Shown here in pieces: positions 16,966-27,425 of a stretch of DNA of 64,000 bases. The stretch is from Gammaproteobacteria bacterium (GTDB lineage Bacteria > Pseudomonadota > Gammaproteobacteria > Eutrophobiales > Eutrophobiaceae). Position 1 is the stretch's first letter. The number at the start of each line of letters is the position of its first letter. The notes under the pieces are model-generated. The model worked only from the letters and a program-made list of their open reading frames with translations. It was not told where the DNA came from and did not search any database. The DNA lies in contig SCUJ01000006.1 in the NCBI GenBank assembly GCA_004297165.1, forward strand, positions 1,648,045 to 1,712,044, given 5' to 3'. A program made the translations under genes and the position numbers.

Positions 16966-19551
16966 ATGTATCACATGTCAACACACAGGGGCATTACGCG
17001 TATCCTGGCAGCAAGCCTCACGCTATCCGGCCTGATCCTTCCTTCCATGACCAGCGCTCAGGGCACGGTCGAGGAGATTGTGGTCACGGCCCAGTTTCGT
17101 GAAGAAAACATCCAGGATGTGCCGCTATCCATCTCGGCGTTATCGGGGGATTCCCTGGAGTCGAAAAACGCCACGAGCGTGCTGGATATCGAAAAGTGGA
17201 CGCCCAACTTGCAGATCGATCAGCTAGGGTCAGGATGGGGGCCAACCATGGCGGTCAATGCGCGCGGCATGGGCCTGAACGATTTCAAGGCGGTCTTTGA
17301 GCCAGCGGTGCCGATTTACGTGGACGATGTCCTGTTGGGCCGGCCCACGGCTGGCAATCTGGATCTCCTGGACCTCGAGCGCGTGGAGGTCCTGCGTGGA
17401 CCCCAGGGAACCCTGTTCGGCAGCAACGCGGCGGGTGGCGTGATCCGACTGATCACCCGCAAGCCCACCGGCGACGGTCCCACGGTACTCGAAGCTACCA
17501 TGGGCAGCTACAACACCTTCAACACCCGTGGCTCCTTCGAAACCGCCCTCGGCGAGAACCTCTTCGGCCGCTTTTCCTTCTCCACCAAACGCCGGGACGG
17601 TTATGTCGATGTCCTGGACTTCACCTGTGAGATGATCCGTCGCGGCACGCCGCAACTGGCGGGTATCGGTGACGGCCTGGGCGCGGATGGCCCCGATGCC
17701 GGAACGGCACCGGATGTGGTTGTAGCGGGCAGTCCCGAGGATAATGCCTTTGGCATCCCCATACAGACCTCGCCCAACGGCACCAACGAAGGTTGCAAGG
17801 TGGACGAGATGGGGGACGAAGGCATCATTTCCGGAAGAGTGCAGGTCCGCTGGGCAGTGAGTGACTCCCTGGAATTCAATCTGGCCGGCGACGTGATGGA
17901 CATGGATCAGAAGAGCCCGCAGGATCATGTCGCCGATACGGCGGACCAAGCGTCGAACGGCGGCTTTGGTCTGGTTAATAGCAGTAACAATCTGGTGAAC
18001 ATCCCGAATTTCGGAGTACGGTACGATGATCGATTCGCGCCAAGCGATCCTTTCGTCAACTATTCCTCCTTCGTGGATCCCGGGATCACATTTGGCATCC
18101 TCGACCAGGCCGGAAACGCCACCGGACAAAAGATGCGCTATCCGGGGGGAATTCTGACACCCAACACCATGCAGGCAAGGCACTGGGGCGTGAGTGGCGC
18201 CATGGACTGGGCCATCAACGAGACCCTGAACGCCAGGGTGATCCTGGCCTACAGGGAGTTCGATTCCTACTTCGGCCGGGATTCCGATGGTTCACCCATT
18301 CCCCTCAATCATACCGTCGATACCTATAACGATGAGCAGTTCACAGTCGAGGGGCGCCTCAGCGGCCAACTCGCATTGGGATACGGATCGAGCAGTTGGA
18401 CCACAGACTGGACGGCGGGTATATTCTGGTATGACGCCTCGGACTACAACTCCAATATCTCGCTCCTGCACATGGGCGTCATCGGCGCGGGAGACATCGA
18501 TCGCATCGACGACCAGACCAACCAGAAACTGGGGATCTTCCTCCACACCATCACGGAGTTGACGGATCAATGGACCCTGACTGCCGGAGTGCGTTATACA
18601 TCTGATGAGAAGGACATCCTGCAGACGCGCATCAAGCGGATCCTGGAGAACAGGGCCTATGTACCGGCTGACTACCTGTTCCTGCCAACACCCCTGTCCC
18701 AGGACGCGGAACGGGTGACGCCCATGGCCAGTCTCTCCTACCAGTGGAACGACGACATCATGACCTACTTCACCTACCAGCAGGGTTTCCGCGGGGGTGG
18801 CTTCAATCCCAGACCGGCGAACCTGCTTACCATCGGCACATTCAACCCCGAGGAAGTGGAGAATTTCGAACTGGGCATAAAAAGCGACTGGCTGGATCAA
18901 CGTCTGCGCGTAAACGCCAATCTGTTCTACATGGATTATACGGACCTGCAATTGCCGGCCGTGGTGCTTGATCCACTCTCGGGGGTTCCCACCTTCCCGA
19001 CCAAAAATGCGGGTGAGGCTGACATGCTGGGCATCGAGATGGATTTCGTGGCCTATCCGACCGAACACATCTCCATCGATGGCACCTTTGGCTGGTTAGG
19101 ATTTTCCTATGTGGATCTCGGCTCCGCCGATCCGGCGGTTATCGCCAGCTTCCCCGGCGGCGGCGGCACCGCCATCGCCAATCCCTGCCTGGACTGCAGG
19201 CCGCTGCGTTCACCCGAGATAAGCGCCTCGCTGGGGGCGGCCTTCACCACCCCGATTAGCGGCGGGGAATGGGGGAATCTCACCCTGCGCGGCGATGTCT
19301 CCTACCAGTCGGAAACCAACTTCACGGCGAACAACTTTACCCGGGCCAACCAGAGCGCTTATTCCGTGTTCAACGCCCGCGCGACCTGGGTCTCGCCGAC
19401 CGAGGACTGGGAGCTGTCGGTCAGCGGCGCCAACCTGACTGACAAACTCTACAAGACCAGCGTGCTGGATTTCATGGACTCCCTGGGCGGCATCCAGTAC
19501 GGCTATGGTCTGCCGCGGATGGTATTTGGCAGCATCAAGAAACGCTTCTAG
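16966..19551 (+). CDS. TonB-dependent outer-membrane receptor
   Basis: Signal peptide, TonB box/plug (TVEEIVVTAQF…), C-terminal beta-barrel ending …KKRF; RBS aggggg before ATG 16966. Confidence 0.85.
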   Translation: MYHMSTHRGITRILAASLTLSGLILPSMTSAQGTVEEIVVTAQFREENIQDVPLSISALSGDSLESKNATSVLDIEKWTPNLQIDQLGSGWGPTMAVNARGMGLNDFKAVFEPAVPIYVDDVLLGRPTAGNLDLLDLERVEVLRGPQGTLFGSNAAGGVIRLITRKPTGDGPTVLEATMGSYNTFNTRGSFETALGENLFGRFSFSTKRRDGYVDVLDFTCEMIRRGTPQLAGIGDGLGADGPDAGTAPDVVVAGSPEDNAFGIPIQTSPNGTNEGCKVDEMGDEGIISGRVQVRWAVSDSLEFNLAGDVMDMDQKSPQDHVADTADQASNGGFGLVNSSNNLVNIPNFGVRYDDRFAPSDPFVNYSSFVDPGITFGILDQAGNATGQKMRYPGGILTPNTMQARHWGVSGAMDWAINETLNARVILAYREFDSYFGRDSDGSPIPLNHTVDTYNDEQFTVEGRLSGQLALGYGSSSWTTDWTAGIFWYDASDYNSNISLLHMGVIGAGDIDRIDDQTNQKLGIFLHTITELTDQWTLTAGVRYTSDEKDILQTRIKRILENRAYVPADYLFLPTPLSQDAERVTPMASLSYQWNDDIMTYFTYQQGFRGGGFNPRPANLLTIGTFNPEEVENFELGIKSDWLDQRLRVNANLFYMDYTDLQLPAVVLDPLSGVPTFPTKNAGEADMLGIEMDFVAYPTEHISIDGTFGWLGFSYVDLGSADPAVIASFPGGGGTAIANPCLDCRPLRSPEISASLGAAFTTPISGGEWGNLTLRGDVSYQSETNFTANNFTRANQSAYSVFNARATWVSPTEDWELSVSGANLTDKLYKTSVLDFMDSLGGIQYGYGLPRMVFGSIKKRF

Positions 19552-19580
19552 ACTGACGTCTTCATTTGGGTTACTTGTGA

Positions 19581-19614
19581 ACCCCCTGATGCGAATCAGG
19601 GGGTTTTTCTTTTA
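19581..19614 (+). terminator. Rho-independent terminator after the TonB receptor gene
   Basis: accccctgatgcgaatcagggggt hairpin followed by tttttctttt. Confidence 0.7.
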
Positions 19615-19647
19615 TCCTAGTAATTCTCCAATTTGAGGTTGCTTGTC

Positions 19648-21003
19648 ATGCGATCAGGTAATGGTGAAACGATAAGGGAGCCGGAACGTTCCATCCCGGT
19701 TTACGGAAGCACTGAGGTCCTCGTGGTCGGCGGGGGACCGGCCGGAGTCTGTGCCGCGATCGCCGCGGCGAGGGCCGGGGCCGAGGTCACGTTGGTGGAA
19801 CGCTATGGCTGTTTAGGCGGGTTGTCCACCGGCGGTCTCGTCATCTGGATCGACCGGATGACCGACTGGGAAGGCCGGTTGGTGGTCGGCGGGATCGGCA
19901 AGGAGATCACGGATGCCTGTGCGGCGGAGAAGGCCCTCATCGGCCCGCCGCCCGAACAATGGGGCTCGAAGGACCCGAAGCTCGCTGCCTACTGGGGCGT
20001 GCGCACCGCGGGTCACCGCGGCATCGTTAATTTTTCCCCCACGATCGATCCGGAAGTGCTGAAGCTGATCCTGAACGACATGGTGCGGGCAGCGAAGGTC
20101 AACGTGTTACTGCACAGTTGGGCGGTCGCCACTCTCTGCCGGGAGAATAAGGTCACCGGCGTCATCTTCGAAAGCAAGGAAGGCCGTTTCGCGATAAAAG
20201 CGGACATCACCATCGACTGTTCGGGTGATGGCGATATCTTCGCCAAGGCCGGGGCTGTATTTGAAAACGATTTTGACGGCGTCTCTGCTCACGCCCGGCT
20301 GAACACCAGTTTTCGCTTCGGCAACGTGGATATGCGCCGCTACCTGGATTTCCGGATGATCCATCCGGAACAGTACAGTACGCTCATGCGGGAGGCCAGC
20401 CACGAGGACGAGTGGCTTACGAATACAGCCTTTGTCACGCCCAATGACACCATCGCCCTTTTCCTGACTCCCAAATTCAGCGGCTATTCGGCCCTCAAGG
20501 TCGACGACCTCACCGAGGTGGAATTTCGCTCGCGGGACGTCATGCGTCAGGTGCTCGCCTGGTACCGAACCAGGATGCCGGGTTTTGAGCGGGCCTGGAT
20601 CCACGATACGGCCTCGCAGGTCGGCACCCGGCACAGCCGGCGTCTGAGAGGGATCGAGTGCGTGAGCAGCAAGGTGTGGCGGACGGACGGTTCCAGCGTG
20701 AACAGTATCGGCCTGTGCCCCGGACTCTCGCCGGAGTTCCCGACACTCGAGATCCCATATGGTGTGCTCTTGCCGGAGCGTATCGACGGCGTGCTGGCGG
20801 CAGGCCGCAATCTATCCTGTGATACGACTTCCCATGCCGCCTTAAGGGAGATCCCGGAATGCTGGGTGATGGGTCATGCTGCTGGAGTCGGAGCGGCGCT
20901 TGCAGTACATTCGAAGCAGACAGTTCGATCCGTGCCAATTGTGGAAATACAAAGTGAACTCGAACGCCAAGGTGCTATCGTCAGGCGGCAGGAGAGGAAA
21001 TAA
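19648..21003 (+). CDS. FAD-dependent oxidoreductase (PF12831-like, GG-x-STGG type)
   Basis: VLVVGGGPAGVCAAIAAARAGAEVTLVE Rossmann FAD motif near N-terminus; start at ATG 19648. Confidence 0.8.
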   Translation: MRSGNGETIREPERSIPVYGSTEVLVVGGGPAGVCAAIAAARAGAEVTLVERYGCLGGLSTGGLVIWIDRMTDWEGRLVVGGIGKEITDACAAEKALIGPPPEQWGSKDPKLAAYWGVRTAGHRGIVNFSPTIDPEVLKLILNDMVRAAKVNVLLHSWAVATLCRENKVTGVIFESKEGRFAIKADITIDCSGDGDIFAKAGAVFENDFDGVSAHARLNTSFRFGNVDMRRYLDFRMIHPEQYSTLMREASHEDEWLTNTAFVTPNDTIALFLTPKFSGYSALKVDDLTEVEFRSRDVMRQVLAWYRTRMPGFERAWIHDTASQVGTRHSRRLRGIECVSSKVWRTDGSSVNSIGLCPGLSPEFPTLEIPYGVLLPERIDGVLAAGRNLSCDTTSHAALREIPECWVMGHAAGVGAALAVHSKQTVRSVPIVEIQSELERQGAIVRRQERK

Positions 21004-21008
21004 AAAAA

Positions 21009-21036
21009 CAACGGCGGGTCGCTGGACCCGCCGTTG
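21009..21036. terminator. Bidirectional terminator hairpin between convergent genes (A-tract on + side gives U-tract for the minus-strand receptor gene)
   Basis: caacggcgggtc-gctg-gacccgccgttg perfect 12-bp stem; near-identical hairpin recurs at 27374-27399. Confidence 0.65.
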
Positions 21037-21062
21037 TTAAAGATACTACTTTTATCTGCTTA

Positions 21063-24000
21063 TTAGTATGATGCCTTGAAGCCCACGAAGAAGCGGCGAC
21101 CGATGGTGTCGTAATACCCACCGCTATATCCGCCCAGCGTAGGCAGGCTATAGACGCCAGCGCCGCGGCAGCCCGGCGCATCGCCACACAGAGCAGTCGT
21201 GCTGATGTCCGAACCGGGCGCATAGCCGGTTGTACTCGCAAAGTGGTTCGGTTCGATATCTAGCACGTTCGTGATTCCGCCGCGCAGCGCGAACGTCTCG
21301 TTGATGCGCCAGTTAAGTGACAGATCGAGGATATCGTAGCTATCGGTCTTGATCTCCGTGCTTGGCACATAGCCCAATGTGACACCCGGTGCGCCCGCGG
21401 TAACCGCTGCGTTATTCTCGATGATCGCCAGTTGTGACGCTTTTCCTGCGGACCATACAGATGGCAAATGGCGCCACCGCAAGGCGACGTTCCAGTCATC
21501 CAGCGAGTAGCTTAGGGAACTGAAAAACCGATATTCATAAGCCCCAGCCTGAGTCCCAGGGAGGTTTGGTCCCAGCGAACCCTTCCATTCGGTCTCTATG
21601 TCAAACGACGCGGGGGACTGCTTGGTGGTGTAGTAGTCCAGGATCGTGCCCTGCACGCCCAAGCCGAGCCGGCCGGGCACATCTACGCCCAGATCCGCGA
21701 TCTCGCTGGACCAGTTCAGCATAATGTCGAAGCCTGAGGTCTCGATCGTAGCCTGGTTATCATACGAGAGCGTGGTGCTCAGCGAGACGCCGGTGCTGGT
21801 CTGGTCGCGCGGCACCAACCGGCAACCCAGCGTCGCCGCCTGCTCCGCCGCCTCCGCCGCGGTGGTAACGGTACGCGAGCCGAAACAACGGTAATTGGCG
21901 TAATCGATCGAATACGTCATGATGGCGTCCTCGATGTTTACCATCCACCAATCAAGCACCAGATTCACACCGGAAAGCCATGGGTTCTCGAATGGCGAAG
22001 AGAGCACAAAACCGGCCGTCCAGGTGTCTGCCTTCTCCGGTCGCAGTTCCGGGTTACCCTGTTGCAGGATCCATGCAAATCCGCCCCCGCCCGCTTGAGC
22101 GACAGCGTTCGTTACGTTGTAGAACTGGTTCTCCGCCACGCTGCCGGGACCGCCCATCATCTGCTGGCAGATCAAATGCGTACTGTCCGCACCGGCTTGC
22201 GTCTGTCCCGGAGCAAGCGCGGGGAGCGACTCGGTTCCGCTAAGTGTCGGGTCGATGCCGCCCGTGAAGCCGCCGGCGCCGAAAGGCGCGTTCGCGCGCA
22301 CCGAACATGGATCCCCGAAACTGCCGCCGCCGGCTATAATCTCCTGCGGGTTCAGGAACAGCTCGCCCAGGTTCGGTGAGCGTGTGGCGCGGTTATATCC
22401 ACCGCGCAACCGCAGCCAGTCCTTGACCTCCCAACTGCCCAAGAGCTTGTACGTCCACTCCGAGTTGTCCGTCTCATCGTAAATCGAGTAACGGGCGCCC
22501 ATCTCAAGCTCGAACTTCTGCACATACGGCAGGTCTGCCGCCACCGGGATCAGCGCCTCTAAGTAGAAATCATCCGCCATCGTACTAGCATTCAGATAGC
22601 CTGTCGGATAAACGCCAATCACCTCGTCAGTAAAGGACCGCTCCGATTGCAGGACGTCGGGATAAAAGATTCCGTTGACCTTGCGGTGCTGGTATCCCAT
22701 GGCGCCACGGGCCTCCCCGGCCGGCAGGTCATAGACACCGCCTTGCAGGTTCACCTCCACGATATCCTGGCGCATCTCTGTACGTGTCTGCAGCACTGCG
22801 TAGATGGCATCGAGACAGTCCTGCGACATCGGCGCATCGCCAAGAAAATACGTGTCATAGAATCCCGACCCGCAAGTAAAATCTCCCGCGCCGAACGCCC
22901 CCCTGGCAGCATTCACATCCCTTCCCGCCGCTGGAGTGGCGGGCAAGTTATAGATCGGGCCGACCGTATAGACGATATTACCCGTGCCTGAAGCGCCGCG
23001 GCCGTAATCGGGAAGGTTGGTCAAGGCGCGATAACGGGCCAGTGACAGGTTGCCCTCGGCGACGTTATAGACGCCTGACTCCCCATGCGAGGCATACAGC
23101 TCGGCGGTCCAATCGCGGAACGGCAATTCGATGTTGACCCCACCTTCGACTTGCCAAGTCTCATTCGTGTTGTAGGTATTGCGCGGTGGCGTGCTGTACG
23201 ACGGATTCCAGTTCGGAATCCAGTCCGCCGCCTGCTGCGAGGCACTCACCGGCTGACCGTTCCACGTTCCAACGAGTGCCGTATTAGTCGTCGCCCGAGG
23301 ATTAGGCGCCCCACCGGGTAATGTTGCAGAACAACCCGACTGCCCTGTGAGGCAATAAGTTGGCCAGCCCCGGCTGTTTAGCAGGATGGCCAACTCTGTC
23401 GGCACCGGATGATAATTGACAGCAGTACCGATGAGAGTATTGCCAGCGGCAAGCGATACGTTCTTATTGGTAAAATTACTGACTCCAGCAGTCGTACTAC
23501 AACCTGTAGTATTGGCTTGGCAATACTTCCAGGCGCCCGAGCCTGTCGGGATGAAATTCGGGTTGGCGTATGCGGAGGGATTCGCCAGAACTGCGGTAAC
23601 CACCGCCGGATCCGCGAAGTTTAATGCCGGGTTCACGGGACTATCGAACGTCGGGTTATAGGGTACCGAGGTCTCCCAACCGAAGGTCACTGAAGTTGTC
23701 TGCAACAGTGTGCGCGTCCGGCTCTCCGCGAATCTCGCCCCGCCGAAAAGTTCGATTCGGTCGGTCAAGTCGAAGTTTCCCGAGGTGAAAATCGAATACC
23801 GATCCTGCGGAGCGCTCGCATATCCCAAAGTACTGTTCCACTTCAGACCATCGAAAACCGTATTGTTGGTCGGGTCCGTGGCATCGAGAGTTTTCTGTAA
23901 TGCGTAAGTCTGCCCGTCCACAGTGATTTTGTGACGGGATTGTCCGCGGGCGCTGCCCAAGGCAAAGATGGTGCTGTCCGGGTTAATATAGTAGGTGCGG

Positions 24001-24935
24001 GAGTTGCCCACACCGGAGCCCGGAGCAACGTCAAAGTATACCGTCGAACCGGATACGGTAGCTGAGGATCTGCCAAAGGGGCTGCCGCCGCCGAACAACA
24101 CGTTAACAGCAGGCTGAGTCGGGCAATTTTGGTTACAGAAATACGCTCCGACGCCCTTAAGGCCGGTCACGGATGCCGAACCGGTTCGATCGGATGCCCA
24201 GAGGTCCGTATAGATGTCCCGCTCGATCTGGGCGGCTTCCTCCCTCTCGTAGCGTTCCAAACCAACCGTGACATTACCTCGGTCATCGGCTAGATTGGCG
24301 CCTAACGAGGCTGAGATGCGGCTTTCCGTGCCATCGCCAGCCTCGGTGATACCATACTGGCCATCGAACTCGAAGCCCTCGTAATCCTTCCTGGTTATGA
24401 AGTTGGTCACGCCACCCACCGCATCCGCGCCATACACGGAAGAGGCGCCCCCGGTAATCGTCTCCACACGCTGAAGCAGGGCTGAAGGGATGCTGTTGGC
24501 ATCCGTCACCATAAGTGGGTTTACCGGGACAGGTCGATGTCCGTCGAGTAACACCAAGCTTCGGTTGGGGCCAAAGCCGCGAAGCGAGATGGAGGCGATA
24601 CCCACTGAATTCGTCGGGGTGATCTGCACATCGCCTTGCGTAGTCACGGGCGAGGCGGCCGGGTTATATTCCGGCAACTGATTCAGATAAGACTCGACGT
24701 TCAAGCCGGTCTGTTGTTCGAACGCCTCGGACTCGATGGTTACGATTGGGCTGTTCGAGACATAGTCGCGGCGGACGATACGGCTACCGGTGACCGTGAC
24801 CTCCTCCAGATCTTCTCCTTCATCCTGCGCCTGGACGACGACGCCCAAGGAAAGCATGACGAAAGAGGATATTAACGCTTGATAGTACAAAAACCGGCAC
24901 TGACGAAGACAGCAGATGTACAAAGACTTGAACAT
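21063..24935 (-). CDS. Giant TonB-dependent receptor (about 1290 aa), tandem paralog A
   Basis: Signal peptide (…VVVQAQDEG), TonB box EEVTVTGSRIV, plug domain about 90% identical to paralog B, long barrel ending …GFKASY; start at second ATG with GGGGG RBS. Confidence 0.85.
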   Translation of the reverse strand: MFKSLYICCLRQCRFLYYQALISSFVMLSLGVVVQAQDEGEDLEEVTVTGSRIVRRDYVSNSPIVTIESEAFEQQTGLNVESYLNQLPEYNPAASPVTTQGDVQITPTNSVGIASISLRGFGPNRSLVLLDGHRPVPVNPLMVTDANSIPSALLQRVETITGGASSVYGADAVGGVTNFITRKDYEGFEFDGQYGITEAGDGTESRISASLGANLADDRGNVTVGLERYEREEAAQIERDIYTDLWASDRTGSASVTGLKGVGAYFCNQNCPTQPAVNVLFGGGSPFGRSSATVSGSTVYFDVAPGSGVGNSRTYYINPDSTIFALGSARGQSRHKITVDGQTYALQKTLDATDPTNNTVFDGLKWNSTLGYASAPQDRYSIFTSGNFDLTDRIELFGGARFAESRTRTLLQTTSVTFGWETSVPYNPTFDSPVNPALNFADPAVVTAVLANPSAYANPNFIPTGSGAWKYCQANTTGCSTTAGVSNFTNKNVSLAAGNTLIGTAVNYHPVPTELAILLNSRGWPTYCLTGQSGCSATLPGGAPNPRATTNTALVGTWNGQPVSASQQAADWIPNWNPSYSTPPRNTYNTNETWQVEGGVNIELPFRDWTAELYASHGESGVYNVAEGNLSLARYRALTNLPDYGRGASGTGNIVYTVGPIYNLPATPAAGRDVNAARGAFGAGDFTCGSGFYDTYFLGDAPMSQDCLDAIYAVLQTRTEMRQDIVEVNLQGGVYDLPAGEARGAMGYQHRKVNGIFYPDVLQSERSFTDEVIGVYPTGYLNASTMADDFYLEALIPVAADLPYVQKFELEMGARYSIYDETDNSEWTYKLLGSWEVKDWLRLRGGYNRATRSPNLGELFLNPQEIIAGGGSFGDPCSVRANAPFGAGGFTGGIDPTLSGTESLPALAPGQTQAGADSTHLICQQMMGGPGSVAENQFYNVTNAVAQAGGGGFAWILQQGNPELRPEKADTWTAGFVLSSPFENPWLSGVNLVLDWWMVNIEDAIMTYSIDYANYRCFGSRTVTTAAEAAEQAATLGCRLVPRDQTSTGVSLSTTLSYDNQATIETSGFDIMLNWSSEIADLGVDVPGRLGLGVQGTILDYYTTKQSPASFDIETEWKGSLGPNLPGTQAGAYEYRFFSSLSYSLDDWNVALRWRHLPSVWSAGKASQLAIIENNAAVTAGAPGVTLGYVPSTEIKTDSYDILDLSLNWRINETFALRGGITNVLDIEPNHFASTTGYAPGSDISTTALCGDAPGCRGAGVYSLPTLGGYSGGYYDTIGRRFFVGFKASY

Positions 24936-25147
24936 TGAAATTCCCCCCATGGATTGGATCCGTCTCAATCCGGCTTCACTGATAAGCCGAACCAAGATTC
25001 TTTATTACTTCTAGGAGGGATACTACAAAATCCAGTGCTCGGTTGTAAAGCGCTCTTAATTAAAGGGGTCGGAGTGGCGAATCTTGTATTCGCCATGGGA
25101 TAGAGGGCGATCACGAGGATCGCCTCTACGGTTCAGTTCGCGATGTA

Positions 25148-26776
25148 TCACCGCCATTCATCCACTGAAATTGTTTTCAAGTAGGTACCGCTCAGGATCT
25201 TCCACATGGCCCCGGTCTCGCCACCGACCACCACCACGCTGATATCCTCGGGTCGGAACATCTTGAGCGGCGTACCCGGTTCTGCCTTGAGAAAACTCGC
25301 ATACGGCTCGATCCCTGCGACCGCCTGCGGCAGTAGCAGGGTTTGTACCCACTGGTTATCCCAATATTCTCGTGCCGGGAGCAGACTGTTCTCCACGCAC
25401 CACTGGATAAGCTTCTGTTTAGTGTCAAAGCCCCTGTCGACAAAGCCTCTTGCAACCAGAGGGTCCAGCGCCAACACCGGACCGCTATAGGGGTCGCAGG
25501 CCGCGAGTGAACGGCGGAATTTTTCCTCCCAGGTCTCGCGGGGGCCTCCACCGAACTGGATATACCAGCCGCCCATGAACAGGCTCACGGCGCTATCTTC
25601 GGCCTTGTGTCCGTGTTGCACATGAAAGGGTTCCCAGGGGCTGCGTTCCTCGTTTTCCGCGAAGACCGCGCTGTAGGAATGCACGTTTCCCTGCGAGCCC
25701 ATGAAGCTCTCGCTTGGAACCGAGCCTCCCTGGAGATTCTGTGACAAGAGACCGTAGGCGCGGCCGATCGTAGCATTGGCGTGGTTGTAGGGCCCCATGG
25801 CCCCGATGCCGGAGTTCATGTTGATCTCGTTGCGCACCGGCCCGTTGACCATGGCAATCGTCGCCTGCGAGGTCGTACTGCTGGAACGCGCCGTGACGCA
25901 GGAGGCGGCCAGCGCCAGGATGACCGGAAAATATTCAGGCCGGGCCCCGGCCATGACCGCGTTCACGGCGACCTTTTCCACGGTGTATTCCCAGAGCTCG
26001 CGAAACCGGGCGGGTTGCAGGCGGCCCACCACTTTATCCGGGGCATGACTCGTGGCCTTGAGCATTGCCTCGACCCTGGCCTCGGTCGGCAGGACGATGG
26101 GCAGGAAATCCGTCCAGCGGTTCTCCTCGAAACGCTGATACAGGTTATCCTCCGTGTCGGGATCCAGCAGCCTTGGCGTGGAGCGATCGAAATCCATTCC
26201 CGCCTCATCCTCCTGCCGCAAAACGTCGGTGAGACCGTCGATCAGGCGTTTGATGAAGGGACCACCCTCGACCGCATCATCTCCTTCAATGTAGGCGCGC
26301 AGCTCCCCGGCGGATCGACCGACGACAGGTTGCGGTACAAAGGCCTGGCGCAGGGTGGGCAGGCCGTTGACCCTGGCGACGGAACGAACGAGCCGGGTGA
26401 AGACGTGGGTATGGACGGAGACCGTGGGTATGCCGTCCGCCTCCAATGCAATTGCTAGCCCGACGACCGTCGGGCTGCAAGAACTTCAAAGCCCCACGCC
26501 GAGGATAGCCGCATCACCCTCCGCCACGATTATTTCACGCATCGCCGGATCGTCGACCCAGCTTTCATGGGGTTTGATTGTCCGTACGATAACCCGCGGC
26601 AGGTGCTGTTCGAACCAGTCACGCAACTGATTCATGAACACCTCTGAATTGTCGAACAAACAATCCACAAGGTACAGGATCTTCCCGTCCAGGGCCTCGA
26701 GTCTGGGGGCAAGTCGTTTGCCAGAGACTTTCGGTGGATACCCTCTCGGGTCATGGACTCGAATTAATGAAGACAT
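25148..26776 (-). CDS. Putative selenoprotein, uncharacterised family (copy 2): single in-frame TGA at 26486-26488 read as selenocysteine in U-S-S-C motif; no signal peptide
   Basis: ORFs 26486..26776 and 25148..26446 are in the same frame separated by one TGA; downstream ORF begins with TTG; conserved peptide VGL-U-SSCSPTVVG; hairpin AGCCCGACG-GT-CGTCGGGCT 10 nt after UGA (+ coords 26457-26476). Confidence 0.6.
26457..26476 (-). ncRNA. Candidate bacterial SECIS-like hairpin downstream of the in-frame UGA of selenoprotein copy 2
   Basis: Perfect 9-bp inverted repeat containing GGTCGTCGGG core shared with copy 1. Confidence 0.45.
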
Positions 26777-26797
26777 AAAACTTGTCCTTTACCTTGG

Positions 26798-27310
26798 TTA
26801 CCTGGCCCGTTTCACATAAATGAACCCGCCTCTGTCCTCGGCTGTCAGTTTGTAGCCGCCACCGAAGATCGTCGGGTAGATTCGCACCCGCTGTCCCACC
26901 GTCAGTTCATAACGCCGGGTGACATGTTGCTGCCAAATTTGGCCGTTCTGCAGAGTAACGATCCAGCCATCCGGACGTTTTTCCAGCGCGGCTATCGTGT
27001 CTACCAATTCAGTCGTTTCTTCAGCTTCCGAATTTCTCTGGCGCGCCATCTCCTGCCGTAGCCTCTGGTTCTCAATCATCAGGCGCTGCGCATCTGCCGC
27101 TTGTGGCTGATTATCTACGAGACTGTCATAACAAGCAGCGCGAGCCGCGATGACCTGGATCGCACGGCACCGATTGAGGGCTTGATCGCTACCTTGTGCG
27201 ACAGCTTCCGTCCAAGTTATTGCAGCAGCGACCAGCAGGAAGGTAGAGGGTATATTCGAACAAAATATTGATGGTTTTTTTTGATGACGTTGTGGTCTTT
27301 GCGGCTTCAT
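26798..27310 (-). CDS. Hypothetical secreted/periplasmic protein with coiled-coil segment
   Basis: 170 aa; hydrophobic signal-like N-region; 21 nt upstream of selenoprotein copy 2 on the same strand. Confidence 0.45.
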   Translation of the reverse strand: MKPQRPQRHQKKPSIFCSNIPSTFLLVAAAITWTEAVAQGSDQALNRCRAIQVIAARAACYDSLVDNQPQAADAQRLMIENQRLRQEMARQRNSEAEETTELVDTIAALEKRPDGWIVTLQNGQIWQQHVTRRYELTVGQRVRIYPTIFGGGYKLTAEDRGGFIYVKRAR

Positions 27311-27373
27311 GTACAGAGAACTCCTGATTCGACAACGGGACGCCTATTTTCATTTTTCTGACGCACAAAGTAA

Positions 27374-27399
27374 AACGGCGGGTCGATTGACCCGCCGTT
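27374..27399 (-). terminator. Terminator hairpin after giant TonB receptor paralog B
   Basis: aacggcgggtc-gatt-gacccgccgtt; T-rich tract follows on minus strand; same stem as 21009-21036. Confidence 0.65.
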
Positions 27400-27425
27400 G
27401 TTACGCTTACTACTTTACTTTGCTA

